64,000 bases of DNA. Source: Laetmonice hystrix. Its lineage: Eukaryota. The translations under genes and the position numbers were made by a program. Position 1 is the first letter of the stretch, and each line of letters starts with the position of its first letter. This document shows, one piece after another, positions 26,865-40,124 of the stretch. The notes beneath the pieces are model-generated. The model had not been told where the DNA came from, searched no databases, and saw only the letters and a list, made by a program, of their open reading frames with translations. The stretch spans positions 22,880,001 through 22,944,000 of the forward strand of contig OZ249436.1 of the NCBI GenBank assembly GCA_965235115.1, written 5' to 3'.

Positions 26865-27119
26865 CACAGATTACCCCTCCCCCCATTGAAGTTACCCCCC
26901 GGTAATCTGAAGCTAGCTTCAAATTACCCCCTCCCCCCAGTTTCAAGTTACAAAAAATAAACTTCGGATAAAAAATGTTTCGCGCGTTAATTCAAAACTT
27001 AACCCTAACCGAGGGGCTTTTTGAAACCAACTTCAGATTACCGGGGGGTAATTTAAAGCTAGCTTCAGGTTACCCCCCGGTAACCTGAACAGGGGGGTAA
27101 TTTGAAATTGGGACACCGG
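26865..27119. mobile_element. MITE fragment with TTACCCCC/GGGGGTAA subrepeats, ending GACACCGG
   Basis: Mirrored TTACCCCCCGGTAATCTGAAGCTAGCTTCA blocks around a TAACCCTAACC core; same terminal type as 19235-20030. Confidence 0.6.
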
Positions 27120-27386
27120 AACATGTATCATCAGGGACGGCGCAACGATCGCATGATTGGTCGGGCAGCTTAACTGGATGTGAAGTCGGTAGGATACAGT
27201 CTATGACAGACGCGAGTCCTAATCGGTGCGAACCCCTGCCAGGGGGTTCGGGGGCACACGCCGCCGAAAATTTTTTAAAACTAAGAGTAAAATGGTCCAT
27301 TCTGGACACCTTTTACATTATATGAGAAATAGGCCTAAAAATCCAAAAATATTGGTCGGGCAGGCCCCATCCCCTCAGTTTGCTAC

Positions 27387-27516
27387 AGGCCCTGATACAC
27401 AGACAGATTAAGGGCCGATTTTGAGATACGGACGATTTTTCTACATAAGGAAAACTATTGAGAAAAATCGGCCGTATCCCAAAATCAGCCGTAAATCGGT
27501 CTGTGTATCTGGGCCT
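27387..27516. mobile_element. 130-bp fully palindromic Harbinger-like MITE
   Basis: AGGCCCTGATACACAGACAGATT pairs with AATCGGTCTGTGTATCTGGGCCT, and pairing continues to the centre. Confidence 0.65.
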
Positions 27517-27681
27517 TACCACTTTGTGAGCACCGTGTAGAAAAAAAGGGGGTGTGGGGGGGGGGGGTGCCCACTTAACAAACCGCCCCGTCCCGTGGCC
27601 TCCAGGGGACACTTATTTGTTGTTTACTTGTTCACTGTTGGCTCATCAGTCTACTGACAAATCTATAAGCACTTCACAATA

Positions 27682-29050
27682 TTGAATGAATGAATGAATA
27701 CTTTATAACCGACTTGACATATATGGGTAACATTACATATGTTTATCCTGAGGTACAATGGGTGATAAAAAATAAATAGAGCTACTAGATTTATAGACAA
27801 GTAGCCAGTAAACAGAGCACTAATTACCGGGTATACAGCACTAACCAGTATCATAATGGACATTATGAGTGTCTTTTACCAGTGTCTCCATATTGTTGAG
27901 GTAAACTTAGAATGACTCTTCTCTATGCTGAGGACTTCTTGTACAACTCTGTTCGCTGAATTCTCAAGTCTTAAATATTAAATTCCTAATAACCGCTTGG
28001 CAAGTTGGCTTACATATACTTATATTAACAAACATACGACTAGTACTGTGATATCTGAGTAGGCGGAGCAACAGTCGCATAATATCGTTATAAGCTACTG
28101 TAAGCTTACCCTATAGTTCCACCATAAGTGGGCAGTGTAGAGAGGGGTACAAAAATTCTACTGTACATCAAATTTCTTCAAAAGTATATTCCCCTGTGCA
28201 TATACATTTCTGCATTGTCTATTAATGTCTTCACCTCAGAGGATGTAAGAGGCAATACAATATCTTTCAACATGAAGTTTGGAAAGCCTGTATCCCTGTA
28301 CTCCCTTTTTCTCAAAATCATGACGTTACTCTTAGAGGCATTATATTTGACATCATTTTCGATACCAGAACAGAGGGGCAGTAAGTTTTTGTAGATCAGC
28401 ACTGGATGGTATGAATATAACTAAGTCATCTGCGTGTCCCCCCCTGTCGTACGCCATTGCTGACCTGGAAGGGTTCTGATACCACACCACCCCATCTTAC
28501 AACCATTGACTGTTTTGTGTACCTGCATATTAATATTCTTATCGAATATTCGGGTGTATTACGAAGTTTCAGCTTTTCAAATGGCCTCGTATGGTTAATT
28601 CTATCAAAGGCTTTAGAAGCATCCAGAAACACAGGAACATGGTAGATATTTTAGAACGAGTTCCTTTAGGGCATAGATGCACATGTCCGTATCATGTTTG
28701 GGTTTGAAACCAAACTGGTTGTCAGCAGTCAATAAAGAGCTTTCCATTTTGTTGTGTAAGATGTGCTCAAATAGTTTGGAGAGTACTACACCGGCCAATG
28801 CTACAGGCCTGTAATTGTCTTTACTATTTATCCTTCCTGTTTTGTCATCACAAGCACAAGTATCACAGAGATCATTTCATCATTCTGAATCCCATGGATG
28901 AGGAACCCTGTAAAGCATCTGGCTAGAAATCTGCTGCCCTAGGGCTGGCATATTTCAAGTGCTCAGCGAAAATTTCACCACCACGACATCTCCTATTGTT
29001 GTCTAGCTTTTGAATAGCAGTGTACACTTCATCATTACTAACCATAATAA
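27682..29050 (-). pseudogene. Decayed non-LTR retrotransposon (LINE) ORF2: RT domain to 3' tail; clade uncertain
   Basis: Frameshifted pieces DNYRPVAL, LSKLFEHIL, NQFGFKPKHDTDMCIYALKE, FLDASKAFDRINH, VSNGVRQGG, ADDLVIF, PLYTAHLW; 3' end ATAAAG followed by (ATTC)n. Confidence 0.92.
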
Positions 29051-30229
29051 AGGGTGACCCAGCAAAATTCAGGAAGAAATATTACATGATTTATTACATA
29101 ATAAATTTTTGGGGAGCAAAGGGAGTACTAATTTCGTAAACGAAGGCTGCTATGTGGTAAATGTGTACACACATATATAAAAACATGTACCTGTATTTAA
29201 AAAAGGGTTGAAATTAATTATATGGAATAGTAGTTAGAAGTACTATGTGAACTTCCACCCTTTCACCCTTAAAGGTGTATTTTATGGGGAAAAAGGAAAA
29301 ATCGGTATTTCAAAGAACTTTGGCTGTTTTCATGAAGAGATCCTTCTTGGTAAACAAAGACGGACTTATCAGTTCCATTTTGCGTGAGAAATCGAAGTTT
29401 TTGGAGCCCCCTTGCTGGCTATCTGGAAAAACAGAGCTGCCCATCGTTTGCACGTGGCTTTTGTTGACACACGTGACACGCAGAACCCTCGCGCATGCTC
29501 AGACGGTTTGTTTTGAAGCGTCGAACGGGATGGAGATGGCGAGTATAAACGCCAAACATTTCGTGTGTACGTTTAGTTTTCGTCAGGAAATTGTCTGACA
29601 CTCGATCGTGGTGGAAGGAATCGGGAATAGCGGCTCCGTACGTACCTACCGACCGTGTCCCGTGTGTCCACCCCCGCTCCCCCAACACACACAGCCTTAC
29701 CCGTCACCGCTACCGGCCGCTGGTGACCTCGTCCGGTGACACTCGACTGTCTCGAGCCAGTCTAGGTGCCACCCAACGACCCCGCCGACCTCGCCAGCGG
29801 CCCCCTGCCTTGGTTTCCAAGATTGACTTGCTGTCTTTTCCAACTTCTGTATCTTTCTTTCCTTGCCCGCTTCACTGCTGATTCCGTAAAATATTTTTTG
29901 GGTGGCAACGATAAGCCGGGTGCAGCTGCTGAATTGTTTACAACTAAGCGAAGCACGTGACCAAGCACCCAGTGACCCACTCTCCAACGGCAGAGGTCAG
30001 AGGTCGTGCATGCGCGGTAGGAACAAGTTTGCCAAGCACCTGTAGAGTGCACAAACAGGATGTGACGCAGTACGCGATTACACGGGTTGATGGGAGGTTG
30101 TCTCCTAAATTATGGCGGGAGATGTCCTATCGTGAGAAATCTATAGGTTTGGTCGAATAGAATCTACTTGTGCTGCATACGCAGCGAAAACACGTCGGAG
30201 GACAAAATGCTGTGGTAGGATTATTTACT

Positions 30230-31250
30230 TAGTCCCCTGGCCTAGTACACGGTCATGTTGGATAATCGCCGGAAATCCTCAAAAACGTACATTTTAGCAT
30301 GCCTCTTTAAGGTGGGGTATATAGGGACCTAATCACTACAGGCAGGTGGGTATATAGGTTTCTAATTACTACAGTCGGGTGGGATATATAGGGGCCTCAT
30401 AACTACAGCCTATTAGGTTGGAGCAGACTGTTGCTAAGGAAATTCAGACTTCATATCTGTTGCTAGGCAACAGGCTGGCGCTACAAAATAACAGATGGTA
30501 CCATGTTATTTTCTGGTAGCACTTTAGGGGGTAGGTGTCATTTTTTTTCTCCCTGGGACCATATGAAACTGGTTGCTACGCATACTACTGTTGCTAAGCA
30601 ACATGATCCTAAACCAGAGATTTAGAATGCTTTCTTACCTCAAAATAAAGATTGGGGTCCCAGGTTGCGTTATGCAAAATATGTGTTTATCATGAGCTGT
30701 ACAATTGGTTTGGCTGTCTGCCCCACCATAAGTCCTACCTAGCAGCTCCACACAAAGAGAGAACCTATATCTTGATGTCCACCATCTAAAAAATCCCAGC
30801 CGCAGCATCAAACTCTGTTGCTAGGCAAGAGTAACATTCTACATGACTAGATAAATAGGCAATGAAATACTGGACACTGATTTGTGCTGGTTTTCTTCTT
30901 AAATCTATACATATTAGGTTGGAGCAGCCTGTTGCTAAGAAAATTTCAATATTCATGTCTGTTGCTAGGCAACGGGCTGGTATTATGAAATGACTGATGT
31001 GACCATAGAAACCCCTGATATCACTTTAGTCAAGATAAGTGTTTCCTTTCCTCCTTGGAGCCATATAAAAGGCTGGTTGCTAAGCATGCTACTGTTGCTA
31101 GGCAACAGGACCCCAAAACAGCCCCCATTTTGGTTTTTTTTTTCGATGTCAATTGGTCTAGGCTTTTTAAGCACATTGTACTATGTACACATGCCAAATT
31201 TCATGACTTTATCACAAAATGAACGATTATCTTGGTTATCCTCCCCACTA
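30230..31250. mobile_element. Academ-like foldback fragments with GTTGCTAGGCAAC repeats
   Basis: Starts TAGTCCCCTGG and ends TTATCCTCCCCACTA; about 500-bp internal duplication (30412 vs 30913). The ends and flanks do not match each other, so it is probably composite. Confidence 0.5.
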
Positions 31251-31811
31251 TAATAAACATGCATTAATCAGTGGGGAGAGAATCCAGGAGGGGTGGGGCT
31301 CACCTAAAAAATTATTTTGCCTCGCTACGCTTGGCATGGTTTCATTGTGGCTGTACTAATGCATCTTCATACAAAAAGGAAAATCTAAGGGGGCTGATCC
31401 CCCCCTGAATCCCCTACTAATACGTTAATTTTGACTAAAAGGTCGCCACCCAAAGCTCTTCAGGTTGATGCCGAGAAGCATCTATGGCCTTTTATATTCC
31501 CAAACATTTTCAGTCGGAGCCCCCCCCCCTCTCGGCGCGGGAACCTTCTGACCCCCCTCTGCAAAAAAAAATCCTGGATCCGCCCCTGGGTCTTGGAACT
31601 TGGGGCATGTCATTCACAATCCAACCCCCCCCCCCCCCCCCAACCAATTTTATATTCCGCTGCCTATGTGTAACGATTTACAGTGTATTTGGTTTTATTT
31701 TAGCTCTTTTCTTTTAAAACTGACAGGTCCCAAATCCCATAAAACGCACCCCCCCCCCATGAAAAATGCTGGCTACGCGCCTGGTTGCGTATGCATACAG
31801 TACTTCCATGT

Positions 31812-31930
31812 TTGCTAGCATTAGGAGCATCAGTAGAACAGACATAATGGTCCAACCATGATGTGTCCCCAGCTTCGCTGACATACGTGAAGCTGTCAGG
31901 AGGTAGCAGCACTTTGCTTTACAGCACAAA
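31812..31930 (-). pseudogene. LINE APE-type endonuclease C-terminal fragment
   Basis: LPPDSFTYVSEAGDTSWLDHYVCSTDA fits the FT(Y)...S.LD(H/Y) motif of LINE endonucleases. Confidence 0.7.
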
Positions 31931-33245
31931 GCCAAGGTCTTCACACGTGTCTTATTAATCACAAAAGCAAATATAGTGATTTATGAATAATATCTTATAT
32001 CTCCTCTCCCATTACGATGATACAGATCTATCGTACAAAGGTCGGACGGTGGATGTAGACTTTGTGTTGTTCAGCTCCAGGTCCGACGAGACGGGCTCAG
32101 CTGGCGGAGGGCCTGGCTCTGACCAAGGCAGGTCCATGGCGTACAGGAAGTGGCTTACTAGGGGGTTAAACCCGGTCTCTTCCCCCGCCAGTAGGCCGCA
32201 GGGATCGGCGGTAGTACTATCAATACCAGAGTGCCATACAGTACACTGTCACACCTGAGCCATTCGGACATCATTACCGAACGGGTTACTACCACAACTG
32301 CATGACCATATTAGGATCTGTTCCCACTGCCCTGATGACCATATCAGGATATGTTCCCACCGCCCTACGATGCGAGGAACCGTTCCCATTGTACTCATTT
32401 TAAAATCAAACATAGCTTGGTATCACTACCCTGATTATCAGAGAATAAAAAAATAGGACCAAGGGTCCTGTAGCTTACCTACAAACAGTATTCGTTAATA
32501 TACATTATGTATTGTAAACAAACAACAGCGAAATGCACTGTCACCTTCACATTCCACATTTAAGGCTTCACGTGACTAGAGCGGCGACCCAACAAATACA
32601 ATTTATGTAAAAACACAGTAGGGCCTATATAGAAGTTGCATCCGAAAATGAAATAAAGTTCTTCATCCTCAAGGCGTGGAAGATGCACAGTTGAAGCTTT
32701 GGGAGCAATAGCACGACGTCGACGGTAAGGTGGCGTTCTCACCTCAAACATTAGGCCCTTTGTCATATACTACTCGCAGTTACACTCGGCAACATCTGAA
32801 AATTTCTAAGTCCAGCCAGGGTTTCTGTAGTTTAGAGAAAAACTACAACATTCAAACTTACAGGAATCAAAGATCTTAATACAATGAGTATTTTTTTTTC
32901 GTGAGGCGTGCTCACAGTGAGCAAGCTCACGGAAAAAAACACCCAAAGAAACACATCCTCTCGCATCCACACGCCCACAAACAAGACCAGAAGAGAGAAA
33001 TCCTGCCCAACCTTTGTCAGTCGTGCCCCCCCCCCTCCAAATCATTGTGTCATATAATCATACAGGGTCCCGGGCGCTAAACCAAAACATACTTTTTTTT
33101 ATGGGTTTTATTCATTGAGACCGAGGGACCAGGGTAGCGCTGTTCTCCCCCCTCGCCCACTTCAGTCGACAGTTTCATTCTGGCATACATAACTTTTGAC
33201 TTATCTAAGCATAAAGGTATCATTCAACAATGAAGACACATTATT

Positions 33246-35262
33246 AACAAGCTTGTGAAGCTTATAGCCCCCACCACGAACTATGAATTCTTGAAAAAAC
33301 GATGCACGACTTCAATTGATCTTTGAAGGGCAAAGGAAATATTGTCAAATGAAACTTTGTAAACTTAGTAAAGTTCTATGCAGTTGTATGTACAGCTTGA
33401 TGGCGATATCCGGCGTAAAGATGCATGTCTCTGCAATAACTATACAGTTATGTACAGTTTGATAGTGTTATCCGACATGAAGTGTTTTGTAGATATGCTT
33501 GACCTCGATTGACCTTTAGAGGTCAGTTATGTACAGTTTGATAGCGTTGTCTGGCGTGAACCAACTGAGTAGGGACAAATTATCTGTGGGTCCGGGGACT
33601 ATACGTACTTTTCGCACGCTTGTTGCCCCTCATGCATTCTGTCAGAAAGAACGAAATCCAGAAAATGGCAGAGTTATTGCTTCGAACTTCTTTAAATCCA
33701 AGATGGCCACCAAGCCATATATTTGGCCTGTGTCCTCCTTAGACTGTCCCTGGTTATTATGTAATGTTTCATGCAAGATTAGATGTTGTTATTTTCAACT
33801 GGTATGGAGGTACAGGCCATTAAAATATGCATGACCTTGATTGACCTTTCAAGGTCGCTCAAGGTCATGGAAAATGACGCCAAATGAAACTTCATATATG
33901 ACTTCCTATCTATCAATAATAATAACTGTTGCCTTATCTTGCACCGTTTTCGAGATATGAGCCAAAACAGTGTTATGGGGGGGAGAGTAAAATATTAATA
34001 TGGCCGCCATGTCGCAATATTTGCTCTGATCTGGCAATACATTAGCATATACATTACCCCTCATATACACCTTCTTTCCACCAAATTTGAAAGAAATCGG
34101 GATCGTTTTGTCCGAGTTATTGCTCCAAATGTGTTTACATCCAAGATGGCCACCACGCGGCCATTTTGACCTGCCTCATCCGTGGACTGTCCCGGATCAT
34201 GATGTAATGTTTCATGCAAGATTATGTCGTTATCTTTAACTGTTTTGAAGATCCAGGCTATTGCAAATATGCATGACCTTGATTGACCTTTCAAGGTCGC
34301 TCAAGGTCATCGAAAATGGCGTCAAATGAAACGTCATATATGACTTCCTATCTGTCAATAATAATAACTATTGCCTTATCTTGCACCGTTTTCGAGATAT
34401 GAGCCAAAACAGTGTTATGGGGGGGGGGTAAAATATTAATATGGCCGCCATGTCGCCATATTTGCTTTGATCTGGCAATACATTGGCATATACATTGCCC
34501 CTCATATACACCTTCTGTCCGCCAAATTTGAAAGAAATCGGGATCGTTTTGTGTGAGTTATTACTCCAAATGTGTTTACATCCAAGATGGCCACAACGCG
34601 GCCATTTTGACTTATGTCAAAAATATCTTTGACCTGCCTCATCCGTGGACTGTCCCGGATCATTATGTAATGTTTCTTGCAAGATTATGTCGTTATCTTT
34701 AACTGTTTTGAAGATCCAGGCTATTGAAAATATGCATGACCTTGATTGACCTTTCAAGGTCGCTCAAGGTCATCGAAAATGGCGCCAAATGAAACGTCCT
34801 ATATGACTTCCTATCTATCAATAATAGTAACTATTGCGTCATCTTGCACCGTTTTCGAGATATAAGCCAAAACAGTGTCATTGTGGGGGTCAAGAAACAA
34901 ATATGGCCGCCATCTCGCCATTTTGGATCTGAATTGAAATTTTATTGTGATGCATATTGGCCCTCATTATGCCTCATCCCTGCACCATGTTTGAAAGAAA
35001 TCGTGATTGTTTTGGCTGAGTTATTGCTCAAAATGTGTTTTTATCCAAAATGGCCGCCAAGCGGCCATTTTGAATGATATCAAAAATCTGTTTGACGTGC
35101 ATCATCCTCAGTTCATCCCTGATCCTTGTGTGAAGTTTCAAAGAAATCGACCCATACACTTCTGAGAAATCGCTGTCTACGGACATACGGACGGACGGAC
35201 GGACGGCCGTACGGACGGACGGACGGAGGTCGAATTATAAGCCCCCCGTTGTGGGGGCTAAA
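33246..35262 (-). mobile_element. Full-length DINE-1/HINE-type non-autonomous Helentron (family 1) with about 450-bp internal tandem repeats
   Basis: On the minus strand: TT, subTIR TAGCCCCCA with inverted partner GGGGGGCT, (CCGT)n microsatellite, about 3.5 central repeats (33699, 34141, 34582, 35044), subTIR TGGGGGCTA, hairpin AAGCTT-CAC-AAGCTT, then GTT. Confidence 0.82.
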
Positions 35263-37557
35263 AATATAGCATGACAAGATACTGAGATGAGATGAAAGGA
35301 TTGATATTACAGTCTCCTTGTATTGAGTTTACTTCTAGTCAATTCCTCAATATAATTTCTTTTATACATTTCATACACATGTGTACACTCTTTGTCAAGA
35401 CAGCTTTCCTAATGATTGTTGCAAGCATCTATGGCCGGATATTGTAAACTCCTATAACACCTTGTATTTGATACACGGGTTCGACCGAATGCCCTCATGT
35501 GCCGTCGTTGGGAATGATCTATTGTTGCCAATTAGACCGTCGTTCTTCATTTTATAAGAACATATAAATTATTTTAAGGAGACTAGCAGAAAAACCTATC
35601 CTTACCATACCCATCTCTTGTTCAATGCTGGCAAAGGACTCACCTGGGGAGAGACAGAATATGGTCATTATAACATACATCTAAATTACCAGAAAAGACA
35701 TTATCTTGGGAGAGAAAAGTCGTGCCTCGTCTAGCTTTTTTCCCTTTTTTTTATCCCCCATCATTTATTCAGAATTTACGACGCATTCGTCAGCCCTTCC
35801 TTTTCACAGCGAGAATTTATGATGCATGTTGGGAATATTTTTTTATCAGTTTTACTGTATACTCTCAGTGTAAAATGCATGCCAGGTAATGGAATATCTT
35901 AATGAAACATCGCCACATGTAAATAAGGTAAGAGATAGAATATCCAGGTATTTATCGGGTGTTTCTTCAATATAAATATGTCAGAAAGATACATTTGTGA
36001 GGAGAAGTGTAACTATTATTCTCCATTGGATGATTAATTATCAAAACTATTACCGATTTACACATCTATATCTTTATTTACGTGTCGTTTTTATATAACA
36101 TTTTTCAACCAGTTTTCGTTATGATACTTCACTAGTTCATAGGTAGGGATCTTGTGAGTTGAGACCAGTAAGGCATTCCATGCTTTGGCTCTCTTTACAA
36201 AAATTCTTCTTTCAAAGATATTGAAGTTTTCTTTTCCTGTAACTGATGTTTTATAATGTAAAATCCGCAAGAGAATGTGGCGCTTCTCTATATTTGCAAT
36301 AGAGTAATTAGCAAAAACAATTGATAACAGATTAACTTTGAACCATTTTATATTCTGACTTGCGTTTTCTCCCTTCTGACTCACTGCCACTTACACATGT
36401 TCCATCGGTTCTCTCTTGTCGGGGTCGACCGAAGCAATTAACATGTAAATTTTTACCTCCATGATAGGCTGCACATGTAACATTTATGTGTTTTCCATTT
36501 TAACAGTCTCGAATCAGTATTTCGAATAATCTAAGTGGGGAAATAAAATAAAAACACCCTATAGAATCAGTCTGCAGCAAAGGCAAAGTCTTAGATCGTA
36601 CATAATTTGCGGCAGTGTAGATTCAGTGGCTGAGAACAGCCTTAGCTAGAACAGACTGGTCGGCTGGCTCCACCCTATATTGGTACGCTTACCGTAAATG
36701 GTCCCTATTCTCTCACGTGGCGGCCTAGCCAAATACATAATTTAAAGCGCCTGAGGCACTACGGTCTGGACCTGTGAAGGCCCGTCTCTCGGTACATTTA
36801 AGCTGTGAATGTTCCCTACTGCCGGCCTTACAATTCGACCTCCCGGCAGGGCGGCGCTGACCCCCTCGAGACCAGAATCAGAAGTCCGTTTTTCTGGGTC
36901 CTTACTTTCGCAGCCGGAGTAAGGATGATAATAGATAGACACAAGAAACCCCAACACACCTGGGATCTCCAACGGAACCGTTCGTTTTTTACATCCTTAT
37001 TTGATTAATGCTCCCGAAATGTTACATTATCGTTTTCCAGCGAACATTCTGCTGGATGATCCTCAATCCAACATGATGCATGTTCTCACGGAGGCCACAG
37101 ATTAGAAGCAGATTCCATGATAGGTTAATCACATCTTCATCCCAGCTGTAGGATGAGTCCACATAGCAGACAGGCTGAAGATGAGAGGAGGCCCTCCGAG
37201 GAAATGAAGCAAGGCTCCACAAGCAAAGAGGCTTACCGTGTGTCACGCAATTATCCCATTTCTCTGTCCCACTTGTTTTTACAATTCAAGAGAAGGACAT
37301 GTGGCCTTTTTCTCTTGTCATAAATATCAGGGCTGCCTTCATAACTATTGTGTGTTTTTACAAATGTCAGGGCGATTCATAGAGTTTCTTATTCCCTGCC
37401 TTTATTAAAGTGTACACATGTTACGGAAATAGAATCCTTTGCAGCAAGGGGGAAGCCTAGGCTATATTATAAGACACCTATCTGTGTTTTTAATTTATTA
37501 ACTTACCAGCGTTAAGAAGTTATTTACTATCGAAAAGTGCTAAAATTGCATGCTTTA

Positions 37558-37750
37558 TGCCCGGTCCACACTACACGATTCCAGTCGGGGATCGGCAGTC
37601 TTAGCAATCGCCGACTGAGAGTCGTGTAGTGTGCATGTAATCGCCGACTAGATAAGACGACGTGACCCTGAAAGTTCAGGCCGTTCTGGCTCTAATCGCT
37701 CGTGACGTCACGAAAGGGACCGCCGACGGGACGTCAAGGCCTAGCCCCTC
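37558..37750 (+). mobile_element. Harbinger-like MITE left-end fragment
   Basis: GCCCGGTCCACACTACACGA start followed by mirrored TCGTGTAGTGTG; no right end found. Confidence 0.5.
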
Positions 37751-38281
37751 TGAAAGCATCCTGGACAGTCGTGGTACGTACAAAGAAAGTGTGAGAACAA
37801 AGTAAAATGGTCAACACGTGTGTTGTCCAGTTGTTTCAGACTGCACTCGGAGATGTAACTTCTGTTCATTCTTTGCCAAGTCCGGCTAAAACCCAGAACA
37901 TTCTACAGCAGTGTTAAGTGCACCTTGCCTCGGGCGCCGACGCCAATGGGGGCCGATTTCGATCGACACCAGTCTGCTCTATGACTTTCCGAAGCTGACC
38001 TATAGGACAGGTCACGTCTATGGTAGATCGTAAAGATGGACATACCGTTTTTAAAATAGGCTGTACAATTACAGTCTATAGCCTATCTAGTACATACAAG
38101 TTTCAGTGAATCAAACGGTGATCCCCATTCCTCTCCGATGCCGCTACGGCGCTAGCCCTAGCCTAGGCGCATGGCCAACATGGACTCTAACTAGAACCTT
38201 CGTTCTAGGCCTCACTGTCCACCAGATTGTCTCGAAAAGGATCTAAAATCTCCTCGATACACAAAAGTCCAACATCACTCA

Positions 38282-39676
38282 TACCCCCGTCACACTTATT
38301 CGGAATTGGGGGGAATCAAGCAGAACCAGCCGGAATGAAGAATACTCAAGATTCGCGCCACATTCGGGAGGAAATTTCAAATTGATCAAAATTCTTACAG
38401 CTTTGTCCAGTCGGGGATCGGCAGTCTTAGCAATCGCCGACTGAGAGTCGTGTAGTGTGCATGTAATCGCCGACTAGAATTCACCTCGAATGCAGTCAGA
38501 ACGCTCCCAGAATGGCAGCCGAATATGGTTCGAACGTCCAAGAATTCAAACAGAATGCAGCTCAAATACTTGGAATGTACTTGGAATGTACTTAGAATGT
38601 AACACGAATGTCCCGAGTATAGATTCCGGCAGCAATCGAGATGCATTCGAGGTGCATTCCGGCTCATTCGAGGCGCATTCGGGACATTCTGGCAGGATTT
38701 GAAGTGGCTTGCCATTTCGATTCTCCCTCGAATGGGATCAGAATGTTTCGAATGCTGTTGGAATGCCGTAAGAATATTTAGAATGCAGTCAGAGTGCATT
38801 TAGAATACACTTCGAATGCCGTTCGATATTTTTCCCCTTCGAATGCACCTCGAAAGTTTTGAGCATGAGCAAAACCTTCGGGCAGGCCACAAGAATGGGC
38901 CCGAATATTTGGAATGCACTCAGAATGCAGTCAGAACTTTTAGAATGCAGTTCGAATATCCAGGAATATACCAAGAATTTTCATTCCGACAGCATTCTGG
39001 CTCATTCCGCCTCTAGTGTGACTAGGGTATGATACCCTACGGCATTCCAACGGCATTCGAAACATTCTGATCGCATTCGAGGAAGAATCGAAACGGCAAG
39101 CCACTTCCGATCCTGCCAGAATGTCCCAAATGCGCCTCGAATGAGCCGGAATGCACCTCGAATGCATCTCGATTGCTGCCGGAATCTATACTCGGGACAT
39201 TCTAAGTACATTCCAAGTACATTCCAAGTATTTGAGCTGCATTCTGTTTGAATTTTTGGACGTTCGAACCATATTCTGCGGCCATTCCGGGAGCGTTCTG
39301 ACTGCATTTGAGGTGAATTCGTACAGTATTCGAGGCACCTTCCAACCAGACTTCGGGCGGTATTTGGGCAGCAATCGAACTGCACTCGTACGGCATTCTA
39401 AATATTCTGACTGCATTCTAACAGCATTCTAAATATTCCTACTGTGTTCCAACTACATTCGAGCTGCATTCGAGAGCTAATACACCCGGAATGTGCAAGA
39501 ATCATTCGAGGCGGGTTCGAAGCGCATTCTAAGTATTCGAACGCCATTCTTACAAAGCTGTAAGAATTTTGGTCAATTTGAAATTCCCTCCCGAATGTGG
39601 CGCGAATTTTGAGAATTCTTCATTCCGGCTGGTTCTGCCTGATTTTTGCTGATTCCGAATAAGTGTGACGGGGGTA
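38282..39676. mobile_element. Harbinger-like foldback MITE rich in GAATG/CATTC
   Basis: TACCCCCGTCACACTTATTCGGAAT pairs with ATTCCGAATAAGTGTGACGGGGGTA; flanks TCA/TGA; long inverted arms (38478-38770 mirror about 39040-39320). Confidence 0.82.
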
Positions 39677-40124
39677 TGACTGCGAGTGGCCCGAGGCTTC
39701 ACCTTTCGTGAACACTGCACTGCTGCTAACTGAGGCAAGCACATAAATGTACTGGATGACTGGGTCAACAACATGGGACTTCGGAAGAAGATATCAAGTC
39801 GTAATGGCTTGCATAAATTGGTTTCATCCGTCAAGTAGATGGGATGTTCCCAGAGTTAAGGACACAGAGTTTCGGTCTGTAACTTCCTGGTATAAGAAGA
39901 AGCATCCACTGCCCTCCCCGCATGCCGCTCCCACATATCACAACCGCTTTTATCCTTTCATTAATTAGAGAAACCGCTCCCGTTAGAGTTCTTAGATACA
40001 CTGTAATAATCCCAGACGAACCTTGGGTAATAAACCCCGCTTGTGGCTTTTATTTTCCACAATGAAGTGGATTGGTCTGTACGTCTTGCATAGGCGTCCC
40101 CCGGATTTCCGAAGTAAGGGTGGG

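Noticed and set aside
31269..31590. hAT-like CAG..CTG MITE (similar GC-run debris at 260-500 and 27130-27395)
   Set aside because: No matching 8-bp TSD and boundaries not definable.
38395..39432. Cluster of overlapping ORFs
   Set aside because: Low-complexity GAATG/CATTC MITE interior with no domain motifs.
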